Under the pieces are notes generated by a model. The model saw only the letters and a program-made list of their open reading frames with translations. It made no database searches and was not told the DNA's origin. Of a DNA stretch of 49,692 nucleotides, positions 37,540-47,558 are shown one piece after another (the first letter of the stretch is position 1; each line of letters starts with the position of its first letter). The position numbers were made by a program, and so were the translations under genes. The stretch comes from an uncultured Elusimicrobia bacterium (GTDB lineage Bacteria; Elusimicrobiota; Elusimicrobia; UBA1565; UBA9628), in NCBI GenBank assembly GCA_964653765.1, contig CAZZGQ010000003.1, positions 5,743 through 55,434 on the forward strand, given 5' to 3'.

Positions 37540-38544
37540 ATGATCCGGCGCGTCGCCTTGCTTCCCGCCACGACGCTGTCCGATCCGACTTACGCCCGCG
37601 CGCTGCCGAGCTTGGCCGCCGCCCTGCGGCGCCGCGGCTGGACCTCGAAGGTTTTCCGCTCCCGGCGAGGGGACGCCGCCGCGCTCGACCGCTTCCGCCC
37701 TTCGGTCGCCAACCTGCACTGCGCCGGCCACGTCGACGCGGCGGCCCTGCGTCTGGCGCGGCGCGCGCTGCGCGCCGGCGCGGCCTTGGTCGTCACCCTG
37801 CAGGACCTGGGCCATCCGGAGCTCGCGGCCGCCGAGCGCGCCAGCGCCAGCCGGCTGTCCTTCTTGATGGAGCGAGCGTCGGCTGTCGTCGCGCTGACGC
37901 CGTCCCTCGCGCGTCAGGCGGCCCGGCGCTTCGGCGGACGGCGGCCTCTCGCGATCGGCAACGGCGTCGACGCGCGCTGGTTCCAAGGCTGGACAGAGCG
38001 CCGCGGCCCGGTCACGGCGGTCGGCCGCCTCTGCCCCTATAAAGGGATCGACGTGCTGCTCTGGGCCTTCGCCCGCTGGGCGGAGGGACGGCCCGAGGCG
38101 CGCCTGCGGATCTACGGACGAGACTTCCATCGGGGGCACTATCAACGCCTGGCTCGGCGGCTCGGCCTGGGCGATCGCGTCCGATTCATGGGCTGCGTCG
38201 GCCGGCGCGGCCTGCAAGCGGCGCTCGGCCGTGCCTCGATCGTGGTCAGCGCCTCGCGGCGGGAGACCTACGGCATGGCTCTTCTGGAGGCGATGGCGAG
38301 CGGAGCCCCTCTGGTCGCGACGCGCGTCGGCGTCGCGGCGGAGCTCTTGCGTCATCGCCGCTCGGCCTGGCTCGTCGCGCCCGGAGACCCCGACGGCCTG
38401 GCTCGAGGCCTTGAGTTCGTCGGGGCCGACCGCGCGCTGCGCGAGCGCCTCGGCCGCGAGGCGCGGCGCGCGGCGCGCGGCCAGACCTGGGCCGATCGAG
38501 CGCGCCGCTACGACGCCGTGTTCCGCGAGGCCCTCGATGGCTGA
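37540..38544 (+). CDS. Glycosyltransferase family 4
   Basis: IGNGVD, VGRL..YKG.D, SRRETYGMALLEAMASGAPLVATRVG. Confidence 0.9.
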   Translation: MIRRVALLPATTLSDPTYARALPSLAAALRRRGWTSKVFRSRRGDAAALDRFRPSVANLHCAGHVDAAALRLARRALRAGAALVVTLQDLGHPELAAAERASASRLSFLMERASAVVALTPSLARQAARRFGGRRPLAIGNGVDARWFQGWTERRGPVTAVGRLCPYKGIDVLLWAFARWAEGRPEARLRIYGRDFHRGHYQRLARRLGLGDRVRFMGCVGRRGLQAALGRASIVVSASRRETYGMALLEAMASGAPLVATRVGVAAELLRHRRSAWLVAPGDPDGLARGLEFVGADRALRERLGREARRAARGQTWADRARRYDAVFREALDG

Positions 38545-39580
38545 CCCGGTCCCGGCCGTCACGGTCGTGATCCTGACGCATCGCAGAGCGGCTACCCTGC
38601 GCCGCTGCCTGGACAGCCTGCCCGCTGCGGCGCTGGACTGCGAGGGCCTGCTGCTCGTCAACGGCCCCGAGCCGGGCGAAGCCGAAGGCCTGGAGAGAGA
38701 GGCGACGCTGCGGTGGCCCTGGCTGCGGGTGGTCGCCATCCCCGCGATACCGAGGGGCGCCGCGCGCAACCGAGCCACACGGCTTGCCCGCGGCGAGCTT
38801 GTCCATTTCCTCGACGACGACACCGTCCTTCCCGAGGGGTTCTTCGAGCGCCTGGTCGCCGCAGCGCGGCGCCACCGCGGAGCGCCCGCCCTCGGGGGGC
38901 CGAACGTGTCCACCATCGGAGCGACGGCGTTCCAGCGCGCCGCGGACTTCCTGTTGCGCTCGCCCGTCGGCGCGGGGCCGATGCGCGCCCGCTATCGCGC
39001 CGCGGGAGCGGACAGGCCGGCGCGGGGCTCGGCCTTGATGCTCTGCAACCTGGGAGTCCGCCGGGAGCTGTTTGAGCGACACGGACTGCGCTTCCCGGAT
39101 CGCTGCGCCAGCGCCGAGGAGAACCTGCTGCTCGCGCGCGTCGAGCGCGGCTTCGGCCGTCCGGTCTACTGCCCCTCCCTTCTCGTCCATCACGAGCGGC
39201 GCGGGTCGTTCGTTGCGTTCTGCGACCAGGTCTTCCGCAGCGGCCTCGGCCGCGCCCAGATCACGCGCCTCGACCCTCGCTCCTTCCAGCTCGCGACCCT
39301 GGCGCCGCTCGGGCTCGCTCTGTACGCGGCCGCCCTGCCCTGGCTGCGTCGCGCGTGGCCCCGGGCGGACGCGCCGCTCCTGGCTTACGCCGCGGCCTGG
39401 GCCTTCGAGACGGCGCGGCTGGCGGCGTCGGGGGACGCCGCGGCGGCGCTCTGGCACGCCGCGCTGCTGCCGACGGCTCACTTCTGCTACGCGATCGGCA
39501 TGGCTCGCGGCGTCGCCGAGGCCTTGATTGGGCGTCCCTCCGCGGCCAGCCTCGCCGGCGAGGCCTGCGCGCTGCCGTGA
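38537..39580 (+). CDS. Glycosyltransferase family 2 with C-terminal membrane segments
   Basis: VTVVILT, GAARN, FLDDD, CNL.VRR, AEE, VHHERR. Start reassigned to ATG 38537. Confidence 0.88.
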   Translation: MADPVPAVTVVILTHRRAATLRRCLDSLPAAALDCEGLLLVNGPEPGEAEGLEREATLRWPWLRVVAIPAIPRGAARNRATRLARGELVHFLDDDTVLPEGFFERLVAAARRHRGAPALGGPNVSTIGATAFQRAADFLLRSPVGAGPMRARYRAAGADRPARGSALMLCNLGVRRELFERHGLRFPDRCASAEENLLLARVERGFGRPVYCPSLLVHHERRGSFVAFCDQVFRSGLGRAQITRLDPRSFQLATLAPLGLALYAAALPWLRRAWPRADAPLLAYAAAWAFETARLAASGDAAAALWHAALLPTAHFCYAIGMARGVAEALIGRPSAASLAGEACALP

Positions 39581-40566
39581 GCGAGCTGCGCCTCGACGTC
39601 CACGGCGTCCGGGCGAGCCTTCGCTGCGACGACGAGGGCGTGCGCGAGGCCCTGCGCCGCGACTTCGAGTACTTCGAGGTCGAGCGGGACGGCGCTCCCG
39701 ACGTCGCGCTCGAGCTCAAGCGTCGGCCGCCGGAGCCTTTTCCTCTTTCGCCTTGGTCGTGGCGGGGACCGGGTTACGCCGCGCAGACGCGCGGGAGCGT
39801 GCGCCGGATCAGGTACGAGGATGACGCCACCGCTGTATACGATTACGCCTCGCGCCGCGGCGTCGTGACCTGCGGCCATGCGGAGCGGCTCCACGAGCTC
39901 GGCTATCTCGCGGCGCTCTCTCGCGTCGGTGAGGAGCTCGACCGCCGTGGCCTCCACCGCGCGCATGCGCTCGGCTTCGAGAGCGGCGGCCGCGGCGGGC
40001 TGCTCCTGCTGCCGTCGGGCGGCGGCAAGAGCACTCTCGCCCTGGAGCTGTTGCGCGCCGGGCGGCTGCGCCTCCTCTCCGACGACACCCCGATCGTCGC
40101 CGAGGACGGCGGCCTGCGCGCCCTCCCGCTCCGTCTGGGTTTGCGAAACGGCGCCGATCTAGCAGGCGTGCCCGCGGCCTGCGTCCGTCCGTTCGAGCGC
40201 CGGCGCCACGGGCCCAAGATGCTCGTCGAGCTGGACTTCTTCCGCGAGCGCGTGGCGGCCGCGGCCGCGCCAAGGTGGTTGCTGGTCGGCAGCCGGCGCG
40301 CCGGCAAGGCGAGGCTTTGGTCTGCCTCGGCGGCGGAGGCGGCCGCGGGACTCGGGCTCAATCTCGTCGTCGGCTGGGGCGTGGCGCAGATGAGCGAGTA
40401 CATGCTGCGCGGCTCGCCGGCCGGCGCGGCCTTTCTGGCTTCCATCGCGGCCCGCAGGACGCGCGCCGCGGCGGCTCTGGTGCGTCGATGCGAGATCTTG
40501 CGCTTCGAGCTGGGCGACGATCCCAGGCGCGCGGCGGCCGCGTTAGCCGAGCTGGCCCAGCGCTGA
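39577..40566 (+). CDS. HPr-kinase-like P-loop protein
   Basis: HRAHALG, LLLPSGGGKSTL (Walker A), LLSDD; GTGA coupled to GT2; start GTG 39577. Confidence 0.78.
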   Translation: MSELRLDVHGVRASLRCDDEGVREALRRDFEYFEVERDGAPDVALELKRRPPEPFPLSPWSWRGPGYAAQTRGSVRRIRYEDDATAVYDYASRRGVVTCGHAERLHELGYLAALSRVGEELDRRGLHRAHALGFESGGRGGLLLLPSGGGKSTLALELLRAGRLRLLSDDTPIVAEDGGLRALPLRLGLRNGADLAGVPAACVRPFERRRHGPKMLVELDFFRERVAAAAAPRWLLVGSRRAGKARLWSASAAEAAAGLGLNLVVGWGVAQMSEYMLRGSPAGAAFLASIAARRTRAAAALVRRCEILRFELGDDPRRAAAALAELAQR

Positions 40567-43500
40567 GAGCTGCGCCGTGCACCAAGCGCTCGCCGCCGAG
40601 AGGTCAGGGCTCTCGCTGCCCGCGCAGAGTTTGTGCCAGAGCGCCCGGAGGGCCGAGGCGCCTTCCGGGAACTCGCGGGCGTGCAGCTCGACGAGGAGGT
40701 CCAGCCCGAACGTCGGCGCGGACAGGCCGCGCTCAAGACGCAGGCGCAAGGTGAGGACGCGACTGAGCAGATAGTGGAGCGCGTAGCCGCGCGAAAGGCC
40801 GCTCGCCGGCGACGTCTGGAATCGCCACGTGCAGCGCAGCGTGGCGAGCGCCTCGCGCGAGAGGTCGAGCGAGAGCTCCTCGCCGGCCGGCGCGACAGCG
40901 AGAGCGGGAAGGTTCCAGGCATACTGCCAGACGCCGGGCAGCGCCTGCCCCGCCTCGTACAACGCGTCCTCCCCCGTCGTTCCCGGCTCCAGGAAGCGCA
41001 GGGGCGACTCGAGGTACGCCAGGCGCGACCAGGCGGCCCAGACCCCGCGCGTTACGAGCAGCGGCAGAGTGCTCGGCCGGTCCTCCGGCGGCAGGCCCGA
41101 GAGCGCCTCGAACGCGGCCGTCCAGGCTCCTGCCGGCGCCTCGTCCTCGAGGACGAGCCAGCTGCGGTAGACGTCGTCGCAGCAGCCGGCGACGAGAACG
41201 GGGCCGAGCGCCTGGGCAAGGCGCTCCCGCCACGCGCGTCGCCGAGCGAGCTCGATCGGGGCGGCGGGAGCGGCAGCGACCCTCGGAGGCTCGGGAGGCC
41301 GCGCGCCGGGGGCGGCGATCCGCCAGGCCGGCGCGGCCGCGGAGGCGAGCCCGTCGAGGGTCGCCAGGCCCGCGGCGCACAGCTCCGCCCTCGCCCGCGG
41401 GTCGTCGCGCCCCTCGGCCGCGGCGCGCGCCAGCGCCGACAGGGCGAGGCGGTACGGCCGCGCGGCGGAGCCGGCGGCGTCGAAAGCGGTCTCGCGAGAG
41501 AGGGCGAGAGGCTCGCCAGGCGGGGTCGCGCTGACGCGCAGGAGATCCCTGGCGGCCTTCTCCGCGTGGCTCGCCGCGACGGCGGGGGACGACGGCGGCC
41601 ACAGCGCCCACGCCATCAGCCGCGTGTAGGCATGAGCGGTCTCGCCGAGCGGCTCGAGCGCCTCCTTTGGAGAAACCGGCCGAGGCTGCTCCGACGGCGC
41701 GCGGCCCGAGAGGACGAAGAGCTGCCGCGAGAGATCGCGCGCGCGCAGGCCTCCCCATCGGGCGTAGGCCGCCCAGTCCGCAGGCGTGGCCGTCAGGCAT
41801 TCGCCCAGGAACGGAAAGGGTTTCTTGAGTCGCAGCCACCGCCGCCAATGCCGCGACAGCCAAGCGGGTCCCCCAGCTCCATCCAAATCCCTCGCCCCGA
41901 TGAGAAGATCCACGTCGCTCGTGCCGGGCTGCCAAACGCCGGCGGCCCAGCTACGGTGGGCCGCTAGGAAGGCGACGCGACGGTCCAAGGCGCAGGCGGC
42001 CTGGAAAATCCGAACAGGCAAGACGTAGATGAGGCGGTAGGCACGCCCCAGCACCGGCCAGCGCCGCGTCCGCAGCACGGCCGCCAGAATGCCGCGCCGC
42101 GCGGCCGCGGCCCAGAGCTCCGCCAGCCTCGGCGAGACGACCTCCTCCACGTCGGCGCCGGCGGCGGCGAAGACGCGGTCGACGCAGCCGCGGAACGTGA
42201 CGCTCTCGTAGCGGTGGCGGCCGGACTCGAAGCTCAGACCGACCCGGGAAGCCCGCGATACCGAGGAGGCGCGCAGGCGCGTCGTTCCCGCGGCGGCGGC
42301 CAGAGCGACGGCGCAGCGCTCGAAGCGGCAGCGCTCGAGGAACGCGCGGCCCGGGCCGGCGACGCGGACGGCCGCCGAGCCTACGTCCGTCCATACGCAG
42401 CCGGAGGCCGTTAGAGAGCCGCTCTCGAGTTCGACCGCCGGCCCCTCGACGCCGCCGATCGCCAAGCCCTCCAGCGTGGCCTGCGCGCCCGGCCCCAGGC
42501 GCAGTCCGCGCGCTCCGCCACGCGCCCCGCCAATCCGCCACGCCAGGCGGCCCTCATCGACGTCGATGACGGCTCGGCAGTCCTCGAACAGGGCGTCCGT
42601 CAGCCGGGCCTCGCCGTGGAGCGAGGCTCCCGAGCCGGCGCCGCGGACGTTCAATCGGCCGGCCTCCAAGTCTGCGCCGTGGGAGCGAAGAGCGCACTCC
42701 GCGATGCCTGAGAGGGTCACGTCGCCGAGCCGAGCGGCCCCTTCCTCGAAGGATAGGCCGCGCCCGCAACGCCGCGCCGACAGACGGATGAGCTCGACCG
42801 CGGTCCGCCGGGTGGATAGCGCGCCGCGCTCGCTGCCGTCCACGGAGACGCCCTCCAGCCTAGCCCGGCCTCCGTCTAGCACGACACCGTCGTCGCATCG
42901 GAGGACGTCCAGGCTCGTCACCTCCACCTCGGAATCCCGAGCGGAGAGCCCCACGACGCGGCAGTCGGCCAACGACAGGCCTCGCAGTCGAGCCTTCCCT
43001 CCGCGCAAGACCAGGCCACAGGTCCCTCCTGAAACCCTAAGCTCGGAGGCGTCCAGCTGCGAGGCCTCCGCGTCGACGCCAGCGTCTTGGCAGCCCTCGA
43101 TCCCCACCTCCTCGAGCTGCAACGGTCCCGAGCGAGCGCTGACTCCGACGCCGCAGCGCTCGACGCGGCACCGTCTCAGCGACAAGCCCTCGGCCTCGCG
43201 CGCCAAAACGCCGACGAGGGGCCAGCCCGTGATCAGGACATCCGAGGCCTCCAAGCGCGCCCTATGGAGGTCGACGGCCTGGCCGCTGCCGTCGGCCAGC
43301 GTCACCTGCTCAAGCCGGCCGCGCGCGCCCTCGCCTAGGCGCACCCCGCCGCTCGAGCGCAGGGAGCCGTGGACCCACTGCAGGACGCCGGAGCGCGCTC
43401 CGACGCCGCCGGGGCAGCGCTCCACCTCCAACCTCCGCGCCCGGACCTCCCCGCCCAGGACGTCGATCGCCGCGCCGCAGCCCGCGACGCGCGCATCCGC

Positions 43501-45069
43501 TAATTCGAGCGAGCCCTCCACGCGAGCCGCCGTCACGCTCTGCCCTCTGAGGGCGACGTCAGCGAGAGCGAGCCGCCCGCCGGCGAGCTCGAGGCCGAGC
43601 CGTCCTCCTTCCACGGCGCCTCCCGTCCACACGACGCGCCCCCCTCTCTGCGCCAGACCGGTGTCGCAGCCGACGAGCGAGAGGGCGCGAGCCTCGAGGC
43701 TCTCCCCGGCGAAGCGGACGCCGCGCGCGCAATCGGCGACGGTGAACCGCTCGAGGACCTGGCGCCGGCCGTCGAGCTCCAGTCCCGCGTCGCTCATGCG
43801 CGCCACCCGGGTGTCGCCCAGCCGGGCCTCGCCCGCCCGAACACCGACTCCCAGTCTTCCATCGGAGATACGGCAGCGTTCTACGACAAGCTCGCCCCCG
43901 TCGGCGAAGACGCCGCAGTCCGCCTCGTCGATCGACGTGTCCTCGGCGGACAGCCGTCCTGCCACGACAGCGAGGCCGCGCTCGCGGCAGCGCTCAAGCC
44001 GGCAGCGCGCGAGCGCTGCCTGCGCGCCCGCCCCGCGCACGGCGAGCCCGGCGCCGCAGTCCCGCAGCGCGACGTCCTCGAGAGACGCCTGGGCGGAGTC
44101 CGTCACGACGACCGCTTCGCGCTCGCAGGCCGCGAGCTCCGCGTGCGCCAACCGCGAGCCGGCCGAGGCGCCCACGAAGTGGAGCCCCGCCCAAGGCGAG
44201 CCTCCGAAGCGGGCGGGCGCCTTCGGGGAGCCCTCGACGAGCAGCCGGCCCGCAACGACGAGCCGGCAGCGTCCGGCGGATCCGCCGCCCTCGCTCAGGC
44301 GCCAGCCGCGCGGCTCCGCCGTGCAGTCCCAGCGCGACTTCGCCGCCAGGCGCACGTCGGCGCCGGCTTCAACCCTCAAGGTGACTCCAGGGGGCACGAA
44401 GACGTCTCCCTCGACGTTGACGACACCGGACCAGGTACGATCCTCGTCGAGATAGCCGATCTCGGGACGCGGAGCGCGGGCCGCTGCCGGCGCGGGCACG
44501 ACAGCCCCGCAGGCCCACGCGGCAGCGCGGCGCTGGAGCGCTATGCCCGCCGCGGAGACCGCCCGATCGCGGGCGGTCATCGCAGACAGGAGCAGACGCT
44601 GGACGCCCCGCGCCCGAAGCGGACCCGGCAAGCGCGACCAAGCAAGCGAGAGGACCTCGCGCGAGGCACGGTCGAGAGCCGTCAACGCTCGATAGACCGG
44701 CGCTCCCGCCAGGCAGAGCAGCGCGGCGCGACCCAGGCTTGGCCGGCGGGCAGCGAGCCAGCGGCCGTGGAATTGAGCCGCCGCGGCGCGGCCGACGACG
44801 CTGGAGGCGGCTGTCGGGCGGTCCGGCCACAGGTTGGAGTCCCCCTTCGTCAGGGCGTACCGGATCCCCTTCCAGCGCACGGAGGCGAGCAGGCGGTGGA
44901 CGACGTAGGCGGGCTCGCTGTCCTTCCACTCCAGGAGCACAGCGAGATCGCCGGGCCGCAGGTCCTCGAGGCGGGCCCGCTCGACGAGGACAGCGTCGCC
45001 CGCCTTGAGCAGGAAGCGCATGGACTCGCCGCGCACGGAGAGCGTCCAGGCCCCGGCGGCCGGACTCAC
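40543..45069 (-). CDS. ~1508-aa fusion: S24/S26 peptidase + right-handed beta-helix + Pol-beta-like nucleotidyltransferase
   Basis: VRGESM, VVHRL, TKGDSN..D (Sec11/SipW type); long beta-helix-type repeats; SW..G.WQPGTSDVDL (DxD). Start GTG 45069. Confidence 0.75.
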   Translation of the reverse strand: MSPAAGAWTLSVRGESMRFLLKAGDAVLVERARLEDLRPGDLAVLLEWKDSEPAYVVHRLLASVRWKGIRYALTKGDSNLWPDRPTAASSVVGRAAAAQFHGRWLAARRPSLGRAALLCLAGAPVYRALTALDRASREVLSLAWSRLPGPLRARGVQRLLLSAMTARDRAVSAAGIALQRRAAAWACGAVVPAPAAARAPRPEIGYLDEDRTWSGVVNVEGDVFVPPGVTLRVEAGADVRLAAKSRWDCTAEPRGWRLSEGGGSAGRCRLVVAGRLLVEGSPKAPARFGGSPWAGLHFVGASAGSRLAHAELAACEREAVVVTDSAQASLEDVALRDCGAGLAVRGAGAQAALARCRLERCRERGLAVVAGRLSAEDTSIDEADCGVFADGGELVVERCRISDGRLGVGVRAGEARLGDTRVARMSDAGLELDGRRQVLERFTVADCARGVRFAGESLEARALSLVGCDTGLAQRGGRVVWTGGAVEGGRLGLELAGGRLALADVALRGQSVTAARVEGSLELADARVAGCGAAIDVLGGEVRARRLEVERCPGGVGARSGVLQWVHGSLRSSGGVRLGEGARGRLEQVTLADGSGQAVDLHRARLEASDVLITGWPLVGVLAREAEGLSLRRCRVERCGVGVSARSGPLQLEEVGIEGCQDAGVDAEASQLDASELRVSGGTCGLVLRGGKARLRGLSLADCRVVGLSARDSEVEVTSLDVLRCDDGVVLDGGRARLEGVSVDGSERGALSTRRTAVELIRLSARRCGRGLSFEEGAARLGDVTLSGIAECALRSHGADLEAGRLNVRGAGSGASLHGEARLTDALFEDCRAVIDVDEGRLAWRIGGARGGARGLRLGPGAQATLEGLAIGGVEGPAVELESGSLTASGCVWTDVGSAAVRVAGPGRAFLERCRFERCAVALAAAAGTTRLRASSVSRASRVGLSFESGRHRYESVTFRGCVDRVFAAAGADVEEVVSPRLAELWAAAARRGILAAVLRTRRWPVLGRAYRLIYVLPVRIFQAACALDRRVAFLAAHRSWAAGVWQPGTSDVDLLIGARDLDGAGGPAWLSRHWRRWLRLKKPFPFLGECLTATPADWAAYARWGGLRARDLSRQLFVLSGRAPSEQPRPVSPKEALEPLGETAHAYTRLMAWALWPPSSPAVAASHAEKAARDLLRVSATPPGEPLALSRETAFDAAGSAARPYRLALSALARAAAEGRDDPRARAELCAAGLATLDGLASAAAPAWRIAAPGARPPEPPRVAAAPAAPIELARRRAWRERLAQALGPVLVAGCCDDVYRSWLVLEDEAPAGAWTAAFEALSGLPPEDRPSTLPLLVTRGVWAAWSRLAYLESPLRFLEPGTTGEDALYEAGQALPGVWQYAWNLPALAVAPAGEELSLDLSREALATLRCTWRFQTSPASGLSRGYALHYLLSRVLTLRLRLERGLSAPTFGLDLLVELHAREFPEGASALRALWHKLCAGSESPDLSAASAWCTAQLSALGQLG

Positions 45070-45079
45070 GGCGGCGCCG

Positions 45080-46429
45080 TCAGGCGTTGGCCGCCTCCGG
45101 ATTGAGCTCGTCGAGGAAGCCCAGCGCCTGCTGGCACCACTTGTCGAGGAATATCTCGCGATTGATCTTAGCCCGCTCGGCCATGGCCTCGAAGCCCTGG
45201 AACGTCTTGTGGCCGTGATGGAGGACGAAGACGTCGCGCGCCACGACGACGTCGCAGCCGGCCTGCCGCAGCCGCAGGCAGTAGTCGAACTCCTCGTAGG
45301 TGCCCAGCCCGAAGCGCTCGTCCAAGTAGCCGACACGGTCGAGAGCCTCCCGTTTGATCATGAGGCAGAAGCCGGTGAGGCGGTGGACGCCCTCGGCCTG
45401 GCCCGCGTGCTTGAGCGCCCAGGCCTGCGAGAACATCGCAAGGTCGCGCGGCGTCTTGAAGGAGGGCGCCTCGACGCGTTGGAAGCCGACGGTCTCGTTG
45501 GTGCACGGACCCACAGCCGCGATCCAAGGAGCTCGCTCCGCGCAGTCGATCAGGCGCTCGAGCCAGCCAGGAGTGACAACGACGTCGTTGTTGAGCCAGA
45601 CGATGTACTTGCCGCGCGCGGCGCGCATGCCCTGGTTGATCGCCTTGGCAAAGCCGAGGTTGCTCTCATTGCGGATGACGCGCGCCCCCGCCCGCCGGGC
45701 CCAAGCCGCCGTGCCGTCCGATGAACTGTTATCGACGACTATGACCTCGTGAGCCGTCTTGGTGTGGGCCGCCACAGCTTCCAGACATTCCTTAGTGTAG
45801 GCGAGGCCGTTGAAGCAGGGAACGATGATCGTGGAGAGACCGCGCGGCGGCCGAGGACGTCCTACGGCCCGCAGCCGAGCGCTCATCCACCCGGCGTCGC
45901 AGCGGGGGCGGCGCGAGAAACGGCCGGCGTCGGCTCGCGGCCCCCCGAACGCCCAGATCTCGTCGGCGGCGCATGCCTGTCGCGCGGCCGCCTCTCGCGC
46001 GCGGCGCCGAGCCAAGAAGCCGTCGCCATCCAACGCGGCGCGCGGCCGCTCGAACCCCGGGCGCCGGTCGAGCATCGCCAGGACGACGGGCTTCTTACTG
46101 AAGCTCTTGAGCGGCTCGAGGGCAGCGCGGGTCCTCGGGTCATCGATGAGGACAGCAGCAGCGTAGTCGCGTGCGGCCAAAGCCTCGCGGCAGCGCGCCA
46201 GCAGCGCCGCCTCCGAGGCCGGGAAAGCCAGGGCCACACGAGGTCCAAGCGAGCGGAGCGCCGCCTGCTCGGCCGCCGACGGACCGGCCGCCAACACGTC
46301 GACGGACCAGCGCTTGGCGAGCTCAGACAGCAGCCTCTTGAGCTCGCGGTCCGCCTCCCCGCTCGGCAGGCGCGGCACGACAGCGAGCAGGCGTCCCAGC
46401 GCGGAGTCAGCGCGTTGCGAGGGTCTCAT
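45080..46429 (-). CDS. Glycosyltransferase family 2 with an extra N-terminal domain
   Basis: IIVPCFN, VVDNSSSDGT, NLGFAKAINQG, WLNND, GFC, LDERFGLGTYEEFDYC. Confidence 0.9.
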   Translation of the reverse strand: MRPSQRADSALGRLLAVVPRLPSGEADRELKRLLSELAKRWSVDVLAAGPSAAEQAALRSLGPRVALAFPASEAALLARCREALAARDYAAAVLIDDPRTRAALEPLKSFSKKPVVLAMLDRRPGFERPRAALDGDGFLARRRAREAAARQACAADEIWAFGGPRADAGRFSRRPRCDAGWMSARLRAVGRPRPPRGLSTIIVPCFNGLAYTKECLEAVAAHTKTAHEVIVVDNSSSDGTAAWARRAGARVIRNESNLGFAKAINQGMRAARGKYIVWLNNDVVVTPGWLERLIDCAERAPWIAAVGPCTNETVGFQRVEAPSFKTPRDLAMFSQAWALKHAGQAEGVHRLTGFCLMIKREALDRVGYLDERFGLGTYEEFDYCLRLRQAGCDVVVARDVFVLHHGHKTFQGFEAMAERAKINREIFLDKWCQQALGFLDELNPEAANA

Positions 46430-47558
46430 CGAAGCAGGCCTCCATGACTCGGTCGAGGATCGGATTGGCGATGCAATTGAGCCAACAGCGGCACTGGCAA
46501 GGAATAACCTCCGCGCGGAGTACGCTGGCGGAGGCTCCCTCCCAGAGCGCGTCGAATGGCGTGTCCCGCACGTTGCCGACAGTCTTGTGCTTGTTGACAG
46601 GGCAGAAGAACAAGTTTCCCTCGGGATCGAACATGGCGAAGCGCCGCCCCGCCATGCAGTCGTCGAAGAAGCGGCTCTCGGCGCGGCCGTGCTTGCGCAG
46701 GTAATACCAGAACAGCAGGCGGGTCCAGAGGCCGCGCGACTCTCCGCCCGGCAGGGTCGTCAGGCGCTCCAGCGCGCGCTGCGAGCGGCTGACGTCCAGG
46801 AGAACCAAGTCCACCTGCCGCTCCACCTCGTCCAAACGGTCCGCAGTCCAAGAAAAGCTCTGAGGCGCCTGGAAGCCCTCGTGATTAACGACGAGCTGGC
46901 AGCCGAAGCCAAGCCCGTGGCTCTTGCACCACTGATAGACGTTATGGAGCTGCCCGCAGTTCTCGGGAAGGATCGTGAAGTTGACGCTCAGCGGCAGGCG
47001 CGGGAAGTCGCGTCGCAGCATCTCCAGGCTGCGCTCGAAGCCGGCGAAGGCCCCCGCCTGACCGCGGATGCGGTCGTGCAGCTCGCCCAGGCCATCGAGC
47101 GACGTGCCCAGCCACAGTTCCTCCGCGCCGCGGTCGCGCAGCTCGGAGAGTTTGCGTTTGAGGAGGCCTGTGTTCCAGAAATTGGTCAGGATCCCCACGG
47201 AGGCGTCGCGGAAATGCGCGCGCAGGAAGGCCACGATCTCCACCGCCTCGGGGCGAACGAGAGGCTCGCCGCCCGTCACGGCCACGAATTGGATCGAGCG
47301 CAGAAGGCGCGAGTCCACAACGAACCGGCGGATCTCGTCGAGCGTAAGCTCGCGGCCCACCGACGCAGGATCGCGGCCGGGCATCTCCCAATGATGGCAC
47401 ATCACGCACTTCAGGTCGCAGCGGTGGCTGAGCTCGAGGTGCAGCTCTCGGATGGGCGTGTCGTTCTCGCGGCCGCGCAGCCGCTCCACGCCGCGCTCCA
47501 CCCAGCCCTCGAGCTGCTTGAGGACCAGGCGCAAGTCCTCGGGAGGGCGCGGCTTCAT
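46407..47558 (-). CDS. Radical SAM protein with SPASM/twitch domain
   Basis: CDLKCVMC, TGGEP, SLDG..HD.IRG, CMAG...DPEG....C, C-terminal CQCRCWLNC. TAGAAT lies 6 nt before the ATG. Confidence 0.9.
   Translation of the reverse strand: MKPRPPEDLRLVLKQLEGWVERGVERLRGRENDTPIRELHLELSHRCDLKCVMCHHWEMPGRDPASVGRELTLDEIRRFVVDSRLLRSIQFVAVTGGEPLVRPEAVEIVAFLRAHFRDASVGILTNFWNTGLLKRKLSELRDRGAEELWLGTSLDGLGELHDRIRGQAGAFAGFERSLEMLRRDFPRLPLSVNFTILPENCGQLHNVYQWCKSHGLGFGCQLVVNHEGFQAPQSFSWTADRLDEVERQVDLVLLDVSRSQRALERLTTLPGGESRGLWTRLLFWYYLRKHGRAESRFFDDCMAGRRFAMFDPEGNLFFCPVNKHKTVGNVRDTPFDALWEGASASVLRAEVIPCQCRCWLNCIANPILDRVMEACFDETLATR

Noticed and set aside
42476-44455. 659-aa plus-strand Ser/Pro/Arg-rich ORF
   Set aside because: Antisense shadow of the beta-helix gene, as with most overlapping ORFs in this high-GC track.
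45070-45336. Upstream start of the 1597-aa ORF
   Set aside because: Overlaps the GT2 C-terminus; S26 homology begins just after GTG 45069.
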